Source: Torpedo marmorata
Lineage: Eukaryota
Reading direction: 5' to 3'
Length of the DNA: 64,000 bases
NCBI GenBank assembly: GCA_977017645.1
Contig: OZ360225.1
Span: 93,310,001-93,374,000, forward strand
In this document: piece by piece, positions 37,130-49,719 of the stretch
Numbering within the stretch: position 1 is the first letter of the stretch
How the letters are laid out: every line of letters begins with the position of its first letter
Made by a program: the position numbers and the translations under genes
The notes under the pieces: model-generated
The model's database searches: none
Seen by the model: only the letters and a program-made list of their open reading frames with translations
Told to the model about the DNA's origin: nothing

Positions 37130-38600
37130 ATCTCCTAACACCTGGCTCATTCCACCAAGCTAATTTAGAATCCAGTTGGCTAGCTTGCCTGGAACCCATG
37201 TGATCTGACCTTCTGAGCCATGTGGGACATTGCCAAAGGCCTTGCTAAACTCCATGTAGACGACGTTCATAACCTTGCCCTGATCATTCATCTTTACTTC
37301 AAAAACCTCGATCCAATTTGTCAGTCATGCTTTCCACCCTTAATCAGTCCTTGCCTATCCAAATGTTGGTAGATCCTGCCCCTCATAATCCCTTCCAGTA
37401 ACTTTTCCACCTTTGATCTTAGACTCACTGGCCTGCAGTTCCTTTTTCTTGTCCTTGCTGCCCTCCTTAAATAAAGGCATAACATTAGCCACCCGCCAGT
37501 CATCTGATACCTCACCCATGGCTAAAGATGATGCAGGTATCCCAGCATTTTTTACCGAGCTTACCAGGGGATTTTTCCCTGGAGCGTAGAAGAATGAGGG
37601 GAGATTTGATAGAGGTATACAAAATTATGAGGGGTATAGATAGAGTAAATGCAAGTAGGCTTTTTCCATTGAGGTTAGGTGAGATACAAACCAGAGGATA
37701 TGGGTTAAGGGTGAAAGTGGAAAAGCTTAGGGGGAACATGAGGGGGAACTTCTTCACACAGAGTAGTGGGAGTGTGGAACGAGCTGCCAGCTGACGTGGT
37801 GAATGCGGGTTCAATTTTAACATTTAAGAATAATTTGGACAGGTACATGGATGGAAGGGGCATGGAGGGCTATGGACTAGGTGCAGGTCAGTGGGACCAG
37901 GCAGAATAATAGTTCGGCACAGACTAGAAGGGCCAAAGGGCCTGTTTTCTGTGCTGTAATGTTCTATGGTTCTACAGTTCTCATGTTCTTTAAGAAGGCT
38001 ATCACTTCCTCTTATGTAATATAGGTATGTTTCAAAACATCACTACTTATTAGGCTCAATTCTATCACTTCCATGACACATTGCACAATAAATCCAGATG
38101 AAAATTATTCAGCTAAACCTCACCCCTCTCACCTAGCCCATAGACAACTATGCTAACCCTTAAGGGGATCTTTTCTTCCCCCGAGTTTTTTTTTTGTTCT
38201 TAATATACCTGTATTCTCCTTGATGCGAACTGCCAGAGGTATCTCATGATAGCCATTGAACACTCCCTGTTTCACTTTTAAAAGCTGTGCACTTGCCAGA
38301 TGTCTCTTAACCTCACAACAACCTCTTCCAAACAACCTTTGCAAATTTCTCTCTCATGCATTCAAAATTAGCCATGCCCCAATATAGGACTTTTACTTTA
38401 CAGTCCTATTTTTTTCCATAATAATTTTAACACCAATGGTATTATGGTCACTGGTCCCAAGGGCTTCCCCTACTCTCACTTCAGTCATCTGCCCTGCCTC
38501 ATTCCCCAATGAGAGGTTCAGGTCTCTATTAGGGCCCTCTGCATACTGTTTAAAAAAACTTTCCTGAACACATTGAACACATTCCGCCCCATCTCAGAAC
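37130..38600 (-). mobile_element. Old CR1 ORF2 fragments, interrupted by a younger + strand CR1
   Basis: NCRPVSLRSKVEKLLEGI...HLDRQGLI at 37321-37515; endonuclease-region relic at 38380-38600. Confidence 0.7.
37571..37980 (+). mobile_element. CR1 3' fragment
   Basis: FSLERRRMRGDLIEVYKIMRG; tail GGGCCTGTTTTCTGTGCTGTAATGTTCTATGGTTCTA. Confidence 0.92.
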
Positions 38601-40517
38601 CCATTAAATCAGAGTGGAAGTAAGTATCCTCGATCGGAGTTTACTAAAATTATTTTTCTAAAATTTGGAATAAAAACTCAAATTTAGATGAAGTAAAATT
38701 GTAAATTTATGTATCTCTGTTAAAAGTGACATCTTCCAACTGGCAAAGTAAGTGGGAGAGCTTTTGTTCTGAATTTTTTTCTCAGACGTAATGCAATGAG
38801 GAAAAAGTTCCCTCAATGTAATACACTTGAGGAAGTACGTGGAATATTTGACAGAAGCCATCATGTGTACTTTACTAGTTTCTCTTTATCTCCTACCTTC
38901 CTTTTGGATATCGAGTTTAACAAAAAATAGCTAAGATGGTTTAGAACACAGAACATAGAACACTACAGCACAGTACAGGCCCTTCGGCCCTCGATGTTAT
39001 GCCAACCCATATATTCCTTTAAAAAAAAGTACTAAACTCACCCTACCCCGTAACCCTCTATTTTCCTTTCATCCATGTGCCTGTCTAAGAGTCTCTTAAA
39101 TGCCCCTAATGTTTCAGCCTCCATCACCATCCCTGGCAAGGCATTCCAGGCACCCACAACTCTCTGCGTAAAAAACTTACCCCTGATGTCTCCCCTAAAC
39201 TTGCCTCCCTTCACTTTGTACTCATGTCCTCTGGTGTTTGCTATTCCTGCCCTGAGAAACAGGTGCTAGCTATCCACCCTATCTATGCCTCTCATAATCT
39301 TGTAGACCTCTATCAAGTCTCCTCTCATCCTTCTACGGTCCAAAGAGAAAAGTCCCAGTTCTACTAACCTTGCCTCATAAGACTTGTTTGCCAATCCAGG
39401 CAACATCCTGGTAAATCTCCTCTTCACCCTCTCCATAGCTTCCACATCCTTCCTATAATGAGGTGACCAGAACTGAACACAATACTCTAAGTGTGGTCTT
39501 ACCAGAGATTTGTAGAGTTGCAACATGACCTCTCTACTGAATTCAATCCCCTTATTAATGAATCCCAACATCCCATAGGCCTTCTTAACTATCCTATCAA
39601 CCTGTGCGGCGACCTTGTGGGATGTATGGATTTGAACCCCAAGGTCCCTCTGTTCATCCACACTCTTAAGTAACCGACCATTAACCCTGTACTCAGCCTT
39701 CTGGTTTGTCCTTCCAAAATGCATCACCTCACACTTATCCGGATTGCACTCCATCTGCCACTTTTCTGCCCAACTCTGCATCCTGTCTATATCCTCTTGT
39801 AACCTTCGACAACCTTCAGCTCCATCCACAATTCCTCCAACCTTCGTGTCATCCGCAAACGTACTGACCCATCCTTCCGCCTCCATCCAGGTCATTTATA
39901 AAAATCACAAAGAGCAGGGGTCCTAGAACAGATCCTTGTGGCACTCCACTAGTCACCAACCTCCAGGCAGAATACTTTCCTTCCACTACTACTCTCTGCT
40001 TTCTTCCTGCAAGCCAATTTTTTATCCACACAGCCAAGGTTCCACTGATCCCGTGCCTCATGACTTTCTGGATGAGTCTCTCGTGGGGGACCGTGTCAAG
40101 TGCCTTGCTAAAATCCATGTGGACCACATCCACCGCCCTACTCTCATCAATTTCTTTTGTTACCTCCTCAAAAAACTCAATTAGGCTCGTGAGGCACGAC
40201 CTTCCCTTCACAAAGCCATGCTGACTATCCTTGAGTAGACTGTACTTCTCCAAATGCTCATAGATCCTATCCTTAAGAATCCTCTCCAATAGTTTGCTCA
40301 CCACTGACGTAAGACTCACTGGTCTATAATTCCCAGGATTCTCCCTATTACCTTTTTTAAAGAAGGGGACTACATTTGCCATTCTACAATCCTCTGGCAT
40401 CTCCCCTGCGGCCAAAGAGGATTCAAAAATCATAGCTACTGCCCCAGCTATCTCTTCTCTCACTTCCCACAGCAACTTGGGGTATATCGCGTCCGGCCCC
40501 GGAGTCTTATCAATCTT

Positions 40518-43500
40518 TTTTTTTTTTTTTTTTTTTTAAATTTTTATTTAATTTTTTAAAATCACAAAATACATAGTCAAAAATAATATATTGTTCAAAA
40601 TACATGTGATACATTTACCACCCTCCCTTCCCTCCCTCCCCTCCCCAACCCTCCCACACTATTCTAATAAAGAAAAATAAAAAAATATATATATATAGAA
40701 GTGTTAGTTAAAAGGAAAGAAATAGAATGAGAAATAAAGTTAAGAATGTTAGTATGAGGAGAAAACTATTTCAGACTAACTCTAATTATATATGGAGGTT
40801 ACTTTTGTCAGCAGTACTAACTTTTAGAGAATTAATTCATACCCATAATTCTCATATATGGGCTCCAAATTTTCAAAAAGAAATGATATTTATCTCGTAA
40901 ATTATAAGTAATTTTTTCCAAAGGTATACATGAACGTAACTCTGCATGTAATCTATCTAAATTCAAATCTAAATCTGATTTCCAAGTAATAGCAATACAT
41001 TTTTTTGAAATAGCTAACACAATTCTTAAAAATTCTATTTGATACATATTTAATCTATTTCTAATACTAATTCTTTTTATATCTCCAAATAGAAATATCA
41101 TGGGATCCAATGGAATCATAATATTAAAAATTCTATCTAAAAAATCTTTAACTTTAGACCAAAAATTTTTAATTTTCAAACACGACCATGTACAATGTAC
41201 AAAAGAACCTATTTCGTCTTTACATCTAAAACACATATCTGACAATGCCGGGTTAAATTTCTTTAATCTTTTAGGTGTTATATATAATTGATGGAAAAAA
41301 TTATACTGTACTAATCTATATCTAACATTAATAATCTTAGTCATACTCAATTTACACAATTCTTTCCAATGTTGTTCATCTATATTAGTATTTAGATCTG
41401 ATTCCCAATTTAATCTAGATTTATGCAATCCTACTTTAGATATCTTTTTCTGAAATAATTTATACATTTGTGATATAAATTTATTAACATTTCCATTAGT
41501 AATTAATAATTCTAACCCATCCTGTCTAGGGGATATTAATTGATTCCCTAATTTCTCAACTAAAAATCCTTTAACTTGATAATAAGCTAAAATTGTATTA
41601 TCCATTATTCCAAATTTTTCTTTCAATCTCGAAAAAGTAACAAATCGTCCTGCCTCAAAACAATCTTTAATCTTCTTAATTCCTTTTTGATGCCATACTT
41701 TTAAAAATTGATTATCCATAGAAAATGGTAATAATAAATTCTGATATAATGGCATATTTAAAGAAATTGATCCTTTTCGCCCTATTTCATTATCTAGTTG
41801 ATTCCAAATCTCTAATAAATGTCTAATAATCGGTGACTTTTTCTTTTTAATCAATAATAATTTAGAATTCCATTTATAAATAATATCTTCTTTATTTCTT
41901 TCTCCTATATTATTTAATTCTATATTAATCCAAGCCGTATTTTTAGTTAAATCAAATAATTCATTTATAAACTTTAATTGTGCTGCCTTATAATAATATT
42001 GAAAATTAGGAAGTTGTAATCCACCCATTTCATATTCCCAAGTTAATTTATCCATACTTACTCTTGCCAGTTTTCCTTTCCATAAAAACTTTCTGATAAT
42101 ACTTTTTAAATCTTTAAAAAATTTTTGAGGGATACTAAAAGGTATAGATTGAAAAAGATATTGAACTCTTGGAAAAATATTCATTTTAATACAATTCACT
42201 CTTCCTATTAAAGTTATAGGTAAATCTTTCCAATTATCTAAATCCTTCTTTATTTTCTGAAATAAAGGTATATAATTTAATTTATATAAATTTTCTAACT
42301 TTGTATCCACTTTTACTCCCAAATATTTAATAGCTTCTTTAGCCCATTTAAATTTTGTAACTTCTTTACATTTAGTATAATCTCCTTGAGATAAAGCCAT
42401 TATTTCACTTTTATCCGAATTTATTTTATATCCAGATATTTCACCATAATCCCTCAATATTTTATCCAATTGTTGAAGTGATTCAATAGACTTTGTCATA
42501 TATATTAATACATCATCTGCAAACAAACTAATTTTATGCTCTTCTGTACCTACTTTTATCCCTTTTATAGTCATATCTTTCCTAATCATTTCCGCCAACG
42601 GTTCTATTGCCAATACAAATAAAGCAGGTGACAATGGACACCCTTGTCTTGTTGACCGTGTCAAAGAAAATTTAGATGATATTTGACCATTTGTGATTAC
42701 TTTAGCTGTAGGTTCCTTATATATAGTTTTAATCCAATTTATAAACGTATTTCCAAATCCATATTTCTCTAAAACCTTAAATAAAAACTTCCACTCTAAT
42801 CTATCAAATGCTTTTTCTGCATCTAATGCTATCACTAACGGTAAATCCTGTTTCTTTTTTTGTAAATTAATCAAACTTATTAATCTTGCTATATTATCCT
42901 TTGAATATCTATTTTTAATAAATCCTGCTTGATCTGAATGTATTAAAAATGGTAAAAACTTAGCTAATCTATTTGTCAATATTTTTGCCATTAATTTATA
43001 ATCTACATTTAACAATGATATAGGTCTATACGATTCAGTTTTCAATACATCTCTATCCTTCTTCGGTATAACTGTAATAACAGCATTTAAAAATGTTTTC
43101 GGTAATAACTGAGTTTCCTTTATTTGAGTCAATACTTCCATATATATAGGTATCAATAAATCTTTAAACTTCTTATAAAACTCTACAGGAAATCCATCAT
43201 CACCAGGAGATTTACCACTATTCAATGAAGATAAAGCTTCACCTACTTCTCTCATTGTAATTGGTAGATCTAACAAATCTCTATTAGAACTATTTAATTT
43301 AGGCAACATAATTTTAGATAAAAAATCATCAATTTTAACAACATCTTGACTCATTTGTGAAGTATATAAATTTTGATAATATTCTTTAAAAGAATTGTTT
43401 ATTTCTTGAGGTTTATAAGTTATATCTCCATTACTTTTCTTTATAGCATTTATAGTTTTAGAAACTTGTTCTTTCTTTAATTGCCATGCTAAAACTTTAT

Positions 43501-43877
43501 GTGCTCTTTCTCCCAATTCATAATATCTTTGCTTTGTTCTACCAATTAATTTTTCAATTTTTCGAGTTTGTAATATATTATAATGTAATTTTTTCCCCAT
43601 TAAACGTTGTCTCTTAAGAATTGTTTTATTTCGTTGAAAATTTTTTTCCATAACTTCAATCTCCCCCTCCAATTTTTCTTCTTCCTTCAAATAATCTTTT
43701 CTAATTTTTGCCGAAAAACTTATTATCAATCCTCTTAAATATGCTTTTAAAGACTCCCAAATTATAAACTTATCATCAACTGAATTATTATTAATTCGTA
43801 AAAATTCCTGAATTTCTTTTCTCATATAATCACAGAAATCTTTTCTATTTAATAAAGAAGAATCTAATCTCCAATTA
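40518..43877 (-). mobile_element. Young 5'-truncated L1 with uninterrupted 997-aa ORF2 part (40832-43825)
   Basis: 16-bp TSD GAGTCTTATCAATCTT at 40502-40517 and 43878-43893; long poly(T). Confidence 0.96.
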
Positions 43878-45269
43878 GAGTCTTATCAATCTTGATGTTT
43901 TTAAGAAGATCCAACACTTCCTGTTCCTTAATCTCCACATTGTCCAGCACACAGGCCTGTTCTATTTCGACCTCACCCTGATCAAGGTCCTTTTCTCTTG
44001 TGAATACTGAAGCAAAGTATTCATTTAGGACCTCCCCAACCTCCTCTTCCTCCAGGCACATGTTGCCTCCTTTATCCTTTAGCGGCCCCACCTTCATTCT
44101 CGTCATCCTTCTGTTCTTCACATACTCATAGAACGCTTTGGGGTTCTCCTTAATCCTACATGCCAAGGCCTTCTCATACCCCCTTCGAGCTCTCCCAAGT
44201 CCTTTCTTAAGCTCCTTCCTGGTTACCATATATTTCTCATGAGCCCTTCCTGTTTCCTGCTTCCTATATCTAACATGTGCTTCCTTCTTCCTCTTGACTA
44301 GTTGCCTGACCTGTTTCATCAGCCACGGTTCCCTTTTCCTACCATCTTTTCTTTGTCCCAGTGGGACAAACCTATCCTGAACCCAGCACGTCGTCCCTAA
44401 ACTTCCTCCACATTACTTGTGTGCTTTCCCCTTGAACATCTGTTTCCAATTTACTCTCGCTAGTTCCTGCCTCATCCCTTCATAATTAGCCTTTCCCCAG
44501 TTAAGCACTTTCCCATTTTGTCTGCTTTTATCCTTTTCCATAGCTATGTTGAAGTTAAGGGAATTGTGGTCACTCTCACCAAAATGCTCCCCCACTGAGA
44601 GGTCCGCCACCTGACCAGGTTCATTACCCAGAACTAGATCCAGTATGGCCTCTCTTCTCGTCGACCGGTCCACATACTGTATCCGGAATCCTTCCTGAAC
44701 ACACCTGACAAACTCAGCCCCATCCATCCCACTTGCAGTCAGAAGGTGCCAGTCAATATTAGGGAAGTTGAAGTCACCCATAACTACAACCCTGTATTTC
44801 CCGCACCATTCCAAAATCTGCCTGCTTATCTGCTCCTCGGTGTCCCGAGGGCTATTTGGGGGCCTATAGACAACTCCCTTCCTATTTCTGACTATTCCCT
44901 TTCTATAGCCATGATACTGTCCCTGACCAGTAATGCTACCCCCCCTCCTTTTCTACCTCCCATCCTATTCCTTTTAAAACACCTAAACCCCGGTACCTGC
45001 ATCAGCCAATCCTGCCCTTCCTCCAGCCAAGTTTCAGTAACGGCCACAACATCGTAGTTCCACGTACATGATCCATGCTCTTAAGTTCATCCCCTTTATT
45101 CCTAATACTCCTAGCGTTGAAATAGACACATTTCAACACCTCTGACTGGCTACATTTATGTTTTGTCCCCTGCCTGTCCTTCCTCACCAGCTCAGAACAC
45201 AGGGCATCATTCTTTTGTCCTTCTCCCCTAATCTCTGCACTCACATTCTGATTCCCACCCCCCTGCCAA

Positions 45270-46209
45270 ACTAGTTTAAACCCTCCCCAACAGATCTAGC
45301 AAACCTGTCCGCCAGGATATTGGTCCCTTTCCAGTTCAGGTGCAGCCCGTCATTTTTGTACAGGTCAGACCTTCCCCAGAAGAGATCCCAATGATCCAGA
45401 AATCTGAACCCCTGCCTCCTGCACCAAATCTTCAGCCACGCATTCATCTGTCACAACTTCCTGTTCCTACCCTCTCTGGCGCGTGGCACAGGCAGCAATC
45501 CTGAGATTACCACCCTTGAGGTCCTGCTTTTTAACTTCTTTCCTAACTCCCTATATTCCTTCTTCAGGACCTCATCCCTACTCCTACCTATGTCATTGGT
45601 CCCCACGTGGACCACAACATCTGGCTGTTCACCCTCCCACTCCACAATGTTAGGAAGTCGATCAGAGACATCCCTGACCCTGGCTCCTGGGAGGCAACAT
45701 ACCATCCGGGAACCTCGATCTTGTTCACTAAACCTCCTATCTGCTCTCCTAACCAATGAGTCCCCAATTACCATAGCTCTCCTCTTCTCCCCCTTTCCTT
45801 CCTGAGCCAAGGGGCCAGCCTCTGTGCCAGAGACGTGACCACCATGACTGGTCCCTGGTAGATCATCCCCCCCCAACAGTATCCAAAACAGTATACTTGT
45901 TGTTGAGGGGAATGGCCACAGCGGTGTTCTGCACTGTCTGCCTCTTCCCCTTCCCTCTCCTATAACAGCCACCCAGATACCTGTCTCCTGACTTTTCAGG
46001 GTGACTGTCTCCCTGAAGCTCCTCTCTATGATTGCCTCTGCCTCCCGAATGATCTTGAATTCATCCAGCTCCAGTTGCTTAATATGGTCTCCCAGGAGCT
46101 GCAGCTGGATGCACCTCTTGCAGGTGTAGTCATCAGGGACAATTGTGCTGTCCCAGATTTCCAACATCTAGCAATCGGAGCATTCGAATGCCCCAGCTGC
46201 TAACTCCAT
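45270..46209 (-). pseudogene. CR1 ORF1: Cys-rich finger plus SGNH esterase-like domain, disrupted
   Basis: ATG at 46209, ECSDC*...CKRC; VIGDSLVR, CLPGARV, VHVGTNDIG, VVISGLLP. Confidence 0.85.
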
Positions 46210-46425
46210 TAACTCTTCCTAATTAAATTCAAAGATCTTACCTTAGTGGAATCATCTCGTCCTCAGCCTCGTGAGCCAAAGCCTCTAAGTCCCACTCCTA
46301 CATTAGGCTACTCTCCACTGGCCGCTCCTCTTGAGGTACCCCTCTTTTTATTTGTCAATACCCCTTATCTTAATTACTCCTCCCACCAATCACTGTTCTA
46401 TTTAACCCTTAACTTGCCTTTTAAA

Positions 46426-47454
46426 GGTACTCACCTCCAGCTGGCTCCCGACAGTCCCAGCTCTCCAGAGTCCCACGCACCTCGTAACGGTCCAAAGATG
46501 TCTGTGTCCCGATTCCCGCTCCGCTCTTTTTTAAAGGCACTCACCTCCAGATGGCTCCCGACAGTCCCAGCTCTCTCTCTCTTTTTTTTTTGGAATATTT
46601 TATTTGTATTTTTTAAAGCCAAACATATTATCAATAACAAAAATAATACATCATCAAATATAATATTCGTCTGTTGGCTATTATATTAAAAAACAACAAC
46701 AAAATTACAAACAAAGGAAAACCCACCCAACCTCATTCCCCCCTAAAAGAAAAAAAAAAGAGAGGAATAGAATAAGAAAGGGTTGAAATAGAAAAGGAAA
46801 GAAGACGTTGGAGGCTTGTCGTGCACCCTACAGGCTTAAATTACTTGGCATACTCGGATTTCTGAAGAGAAAATGGACATAGGTCCTGGAGGGCAAGGGG
46901 GGGCCTGGTTATAGATTTAGAGCCATGTGTTGTAAATATGGAGTCCAAATCTTTAAAAATATATCATATCTATTTCTAAGATTATAGGTAATCTTCTCAA
47001 GGGGAACACAACTGTACATTTCCTCATTCCATCTTGTTATACCTAGATGGGAATCAGACTTCCATGTGACCGCTATGCATTTCCTGGCCACCGACAATGC
47101 GGTCTCCACAAATTTTATTTGAAATTTTGACAGCCTCATCTTAGGTCTTACGCCGGAGATATTGCCCAATAGAAATAATTCTGGGCGTTGTGGGAACTGA
47201 ATTTCTGTAATTTGTTCTAAGAGTTTCCCTAAGTCCATCCAGAAAGGTTTTACTTTGGGGCATGACCAGGTTAAATGTAAAAACTTTCGTATTTTTTTGC
47301 TGCATCTAAAACATTTATCTGATATTTCTGATATAAATTTATTCAATTTTTGCGGCGTGAGATACAACTGGTGCAAAAAATTGTATGGCACCAGTCTGTA
47401 TCTCTCTCTCTCTCTCTCGTCCCATGCTCCTCGTAACGGTCCCGAGATGTCTGT
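46426..47454 (-). repeat. 110-bp tandem repeat at the CR1 5' end (second unit split by L1)
   Basis: Units start at 46426 and 46536; unit 2 resumes at ~47419 (GTCCCATGCTCCTCGTAACGGTCCCGAGATGTCTGT). Confidence 0.8.
46582..47402 (-). mobile_element. L1 3' fragment (ORF2 C-terminus and UTR) inserted in a (CT)n tract
   Basis: YNFLHQLYLTPQKL...CFRC...VPLEKITY; poly(T); (TC)n on both flanks. Confidence 0.92.
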
Positions 47455-48852
47455 TTAGAAAAACATACTCAGTTTAAGTCTTAAAATTCTAAAGCTTTGA
47501 ATAATTTTGAGAAGCACTTGATGGGGGATTGTAGGTAGTTTAAAAAAATGGTTCTGTTGACTGAATAATAATATTGATGAGAAATTGCAACACAACATGT
47601 CCAGACCGCACCATCTAAAATCAACCAACATTGCCACCCTGTCAAAATAGTACATGCGTAGACATGGTAATGGTTGAAGGCATCAAGCATAGTTTTTATT
47701 GGAGATGTTAAAAGATTCAAAAGGCAGTGCAACAAATACATTTAATAATACTGTAAATACTCAATTTAGGTGCTGTATACATGGATAAACTGTTGGTGTT
47801 TTAACTTGATTTATTGACTGATGCGGCCTAACCTGCAGTTTCTAATATCCTCAGTGTTTTGTTTTCTTATAAATGTAATAATGTTGTGCAATCTGTAATT
47901 GTAATTAATTGAAATACTTAGATTGGACATGAAAAATAACAATTACTGAGGAAAAGAAATGACGACTGAAAACTTGTTAGAAGTGCAGCTCCTGAAACTT
48001 GTAAAAGATAATGTCCTAAAAATTGAAGTGTACTCTAAAGCTGTCACAGATGCGTGCAGGGCTCCAATTCTACACTAAATGAATAACTCTTCAACATGTG
48101 TAATACACGTGCCTCTTCTAACATGATCTTTGAACATAATGAATGTCTGTAAGCAGGTTGTTGAAGAAGATTGGTGATGCACTGTTGTCCAAGCAACCAG
48201 GAGGAAGCTGTGACCTGAAAGTGATGGCCAATGAGAGAGGGTAGCAATTTAGAGGTTGAGCTCATAAGGAAGAGATAGATATTGTCAGTGGCTACATCCT
48301 TTTAAAAATGGGCTAGAATTTCCCAAAAGTCAGTGAGAATGTCCCATTATTTATCAAGGAGGCTTCATCCTTGAAGCATTCCTCCTGGTAATCTCAAATG
48401 CTCAGAGTACGTTGCACGTTTCAAGAGATCTGTGTCCAGTCGACATTCATCATTGCTGGCATTGTTTACCTGGGTGAGGATTTTGATGGTGATTCACTTG
48501 ACCTACAATGGATTTGGAATACTTTGTAAGTGAGTATTGATGGTGCTTCTCCATTGCTTCTCCATTGCATGCTGGGGAGTTTCCAAATAACTTAGGACAA
48601 AAATCACTTTTGTCCAGTTTCAGGCCTAGATCTTAGAGAAAGCTTTTTTTCAGATGGCTGTGCTGGTACACAGGAGATGCCGATGAATTTCACATCTGGT
48701 TTCTCAGAGAGATGGTATTTGAGAAGTGGAAAGTCACCAGAGCAAGCCAGTTGAAACAGACTGATGCAGTGATATTTCCTGTGGCACACAGCATTGAGCC
48801 TCTTCACTAGTTATCAAATATATTGTAGGTGAGAATTCAAGAATCTGATTTT

Positions 48853-49104
48853 TAAAAATTTTAAACATTTAGACATATAGCACGGTAACAGGCCCTTTCG
48901 GCCCACGAGACCGTGCTGCCCAATTACACCCAATTGACCTACAGCCCCATTACTTTTTGAAGGGGGAGAAAACCAGATCACTTGGAGAAAACCCACGCAG
49001 ACACAGGGAGAACATACAAATTCCTTACAGACAGCACCAGATTCGAACATCGGTCGCTGGAGCTGTAATAGCGTTGCGCTGACCGCTATGCTAACCATGC
49101 CACC
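48853..49104 (-). mobile_element. HE1/V-SINE-type SINE
   Basis: Colinear with 29850-30106. Confidence 0.88.
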
Positions 49105-49719
49105 TTATCTGGATATGTGGCTGGTTAGCTGATTGATTCTTACAACTATGTTGAAATTCCATCTCAAAACCATATTAGTTCCTACCAGTACTGGCACAAA
49201 TATTAAGCTTGTTTTACACAAATAGTCTCTTATAAATTTAAAATACTAATAATATTTGAGATATGTTTCTTACAAAAAGACAAGATTTTATTTTTAAGTT
49301 TTTGTTTTCTGCTCTTTGCATTTTGTTATGGTTTCATATTTTTTTTCTCCAAGGTTGTGAGACTGCACTCCATATTGTTCAAAAGGAATAGACTGAGGTT
49401 CATAAGTTCTCGGATGTTTCTGTGCCGTGCAGAATTTGTCTGCAGCAACAGAAAAATCATCAATGAGTTTAAGGCTCCTTTTCATTCAGTTATAAATCTC
49501 GACATTATGGTTTGTTTGAAGCAAGATAATAAGAATTTCTGACAATTCTGAAATAAGACTTGTACACATTTAATGTGTAAGACTTGTCTGTAAGACAGTG
49601 GCATTTCTGTAGCTTGGTTTGTTTTCCCAATATTTCTCATCAGCATTTACTGTAGTGAAGGACATGGGGGCTAAGAATGAAGGGTAATAAATCATGTTAT
49701 CTTGGAACCAATCCACATT

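Larger units (their letters stand above)
38942..47454 (-). mobile_element. Near full-length CR1 LINE interrupted by two L1 insertions
   Basis: Tail (TGTTCTA)-type repeats at 38942-38961; RT at 39266-40475 ([14 protein letters not shown]); APE at 44413-45244 (GDFN, ESDH); ORF1; 5' tandem repeats. Confidence 0.92.

Noticed and set aside
49354-49542. Possible next SPIDR exon after TTTTTTCTCCAAG
   Set aside because: Acceptor-like, but the translation does not match the QKL... continuation I expect and I see no convincing donor; RNA-seq would settle it.
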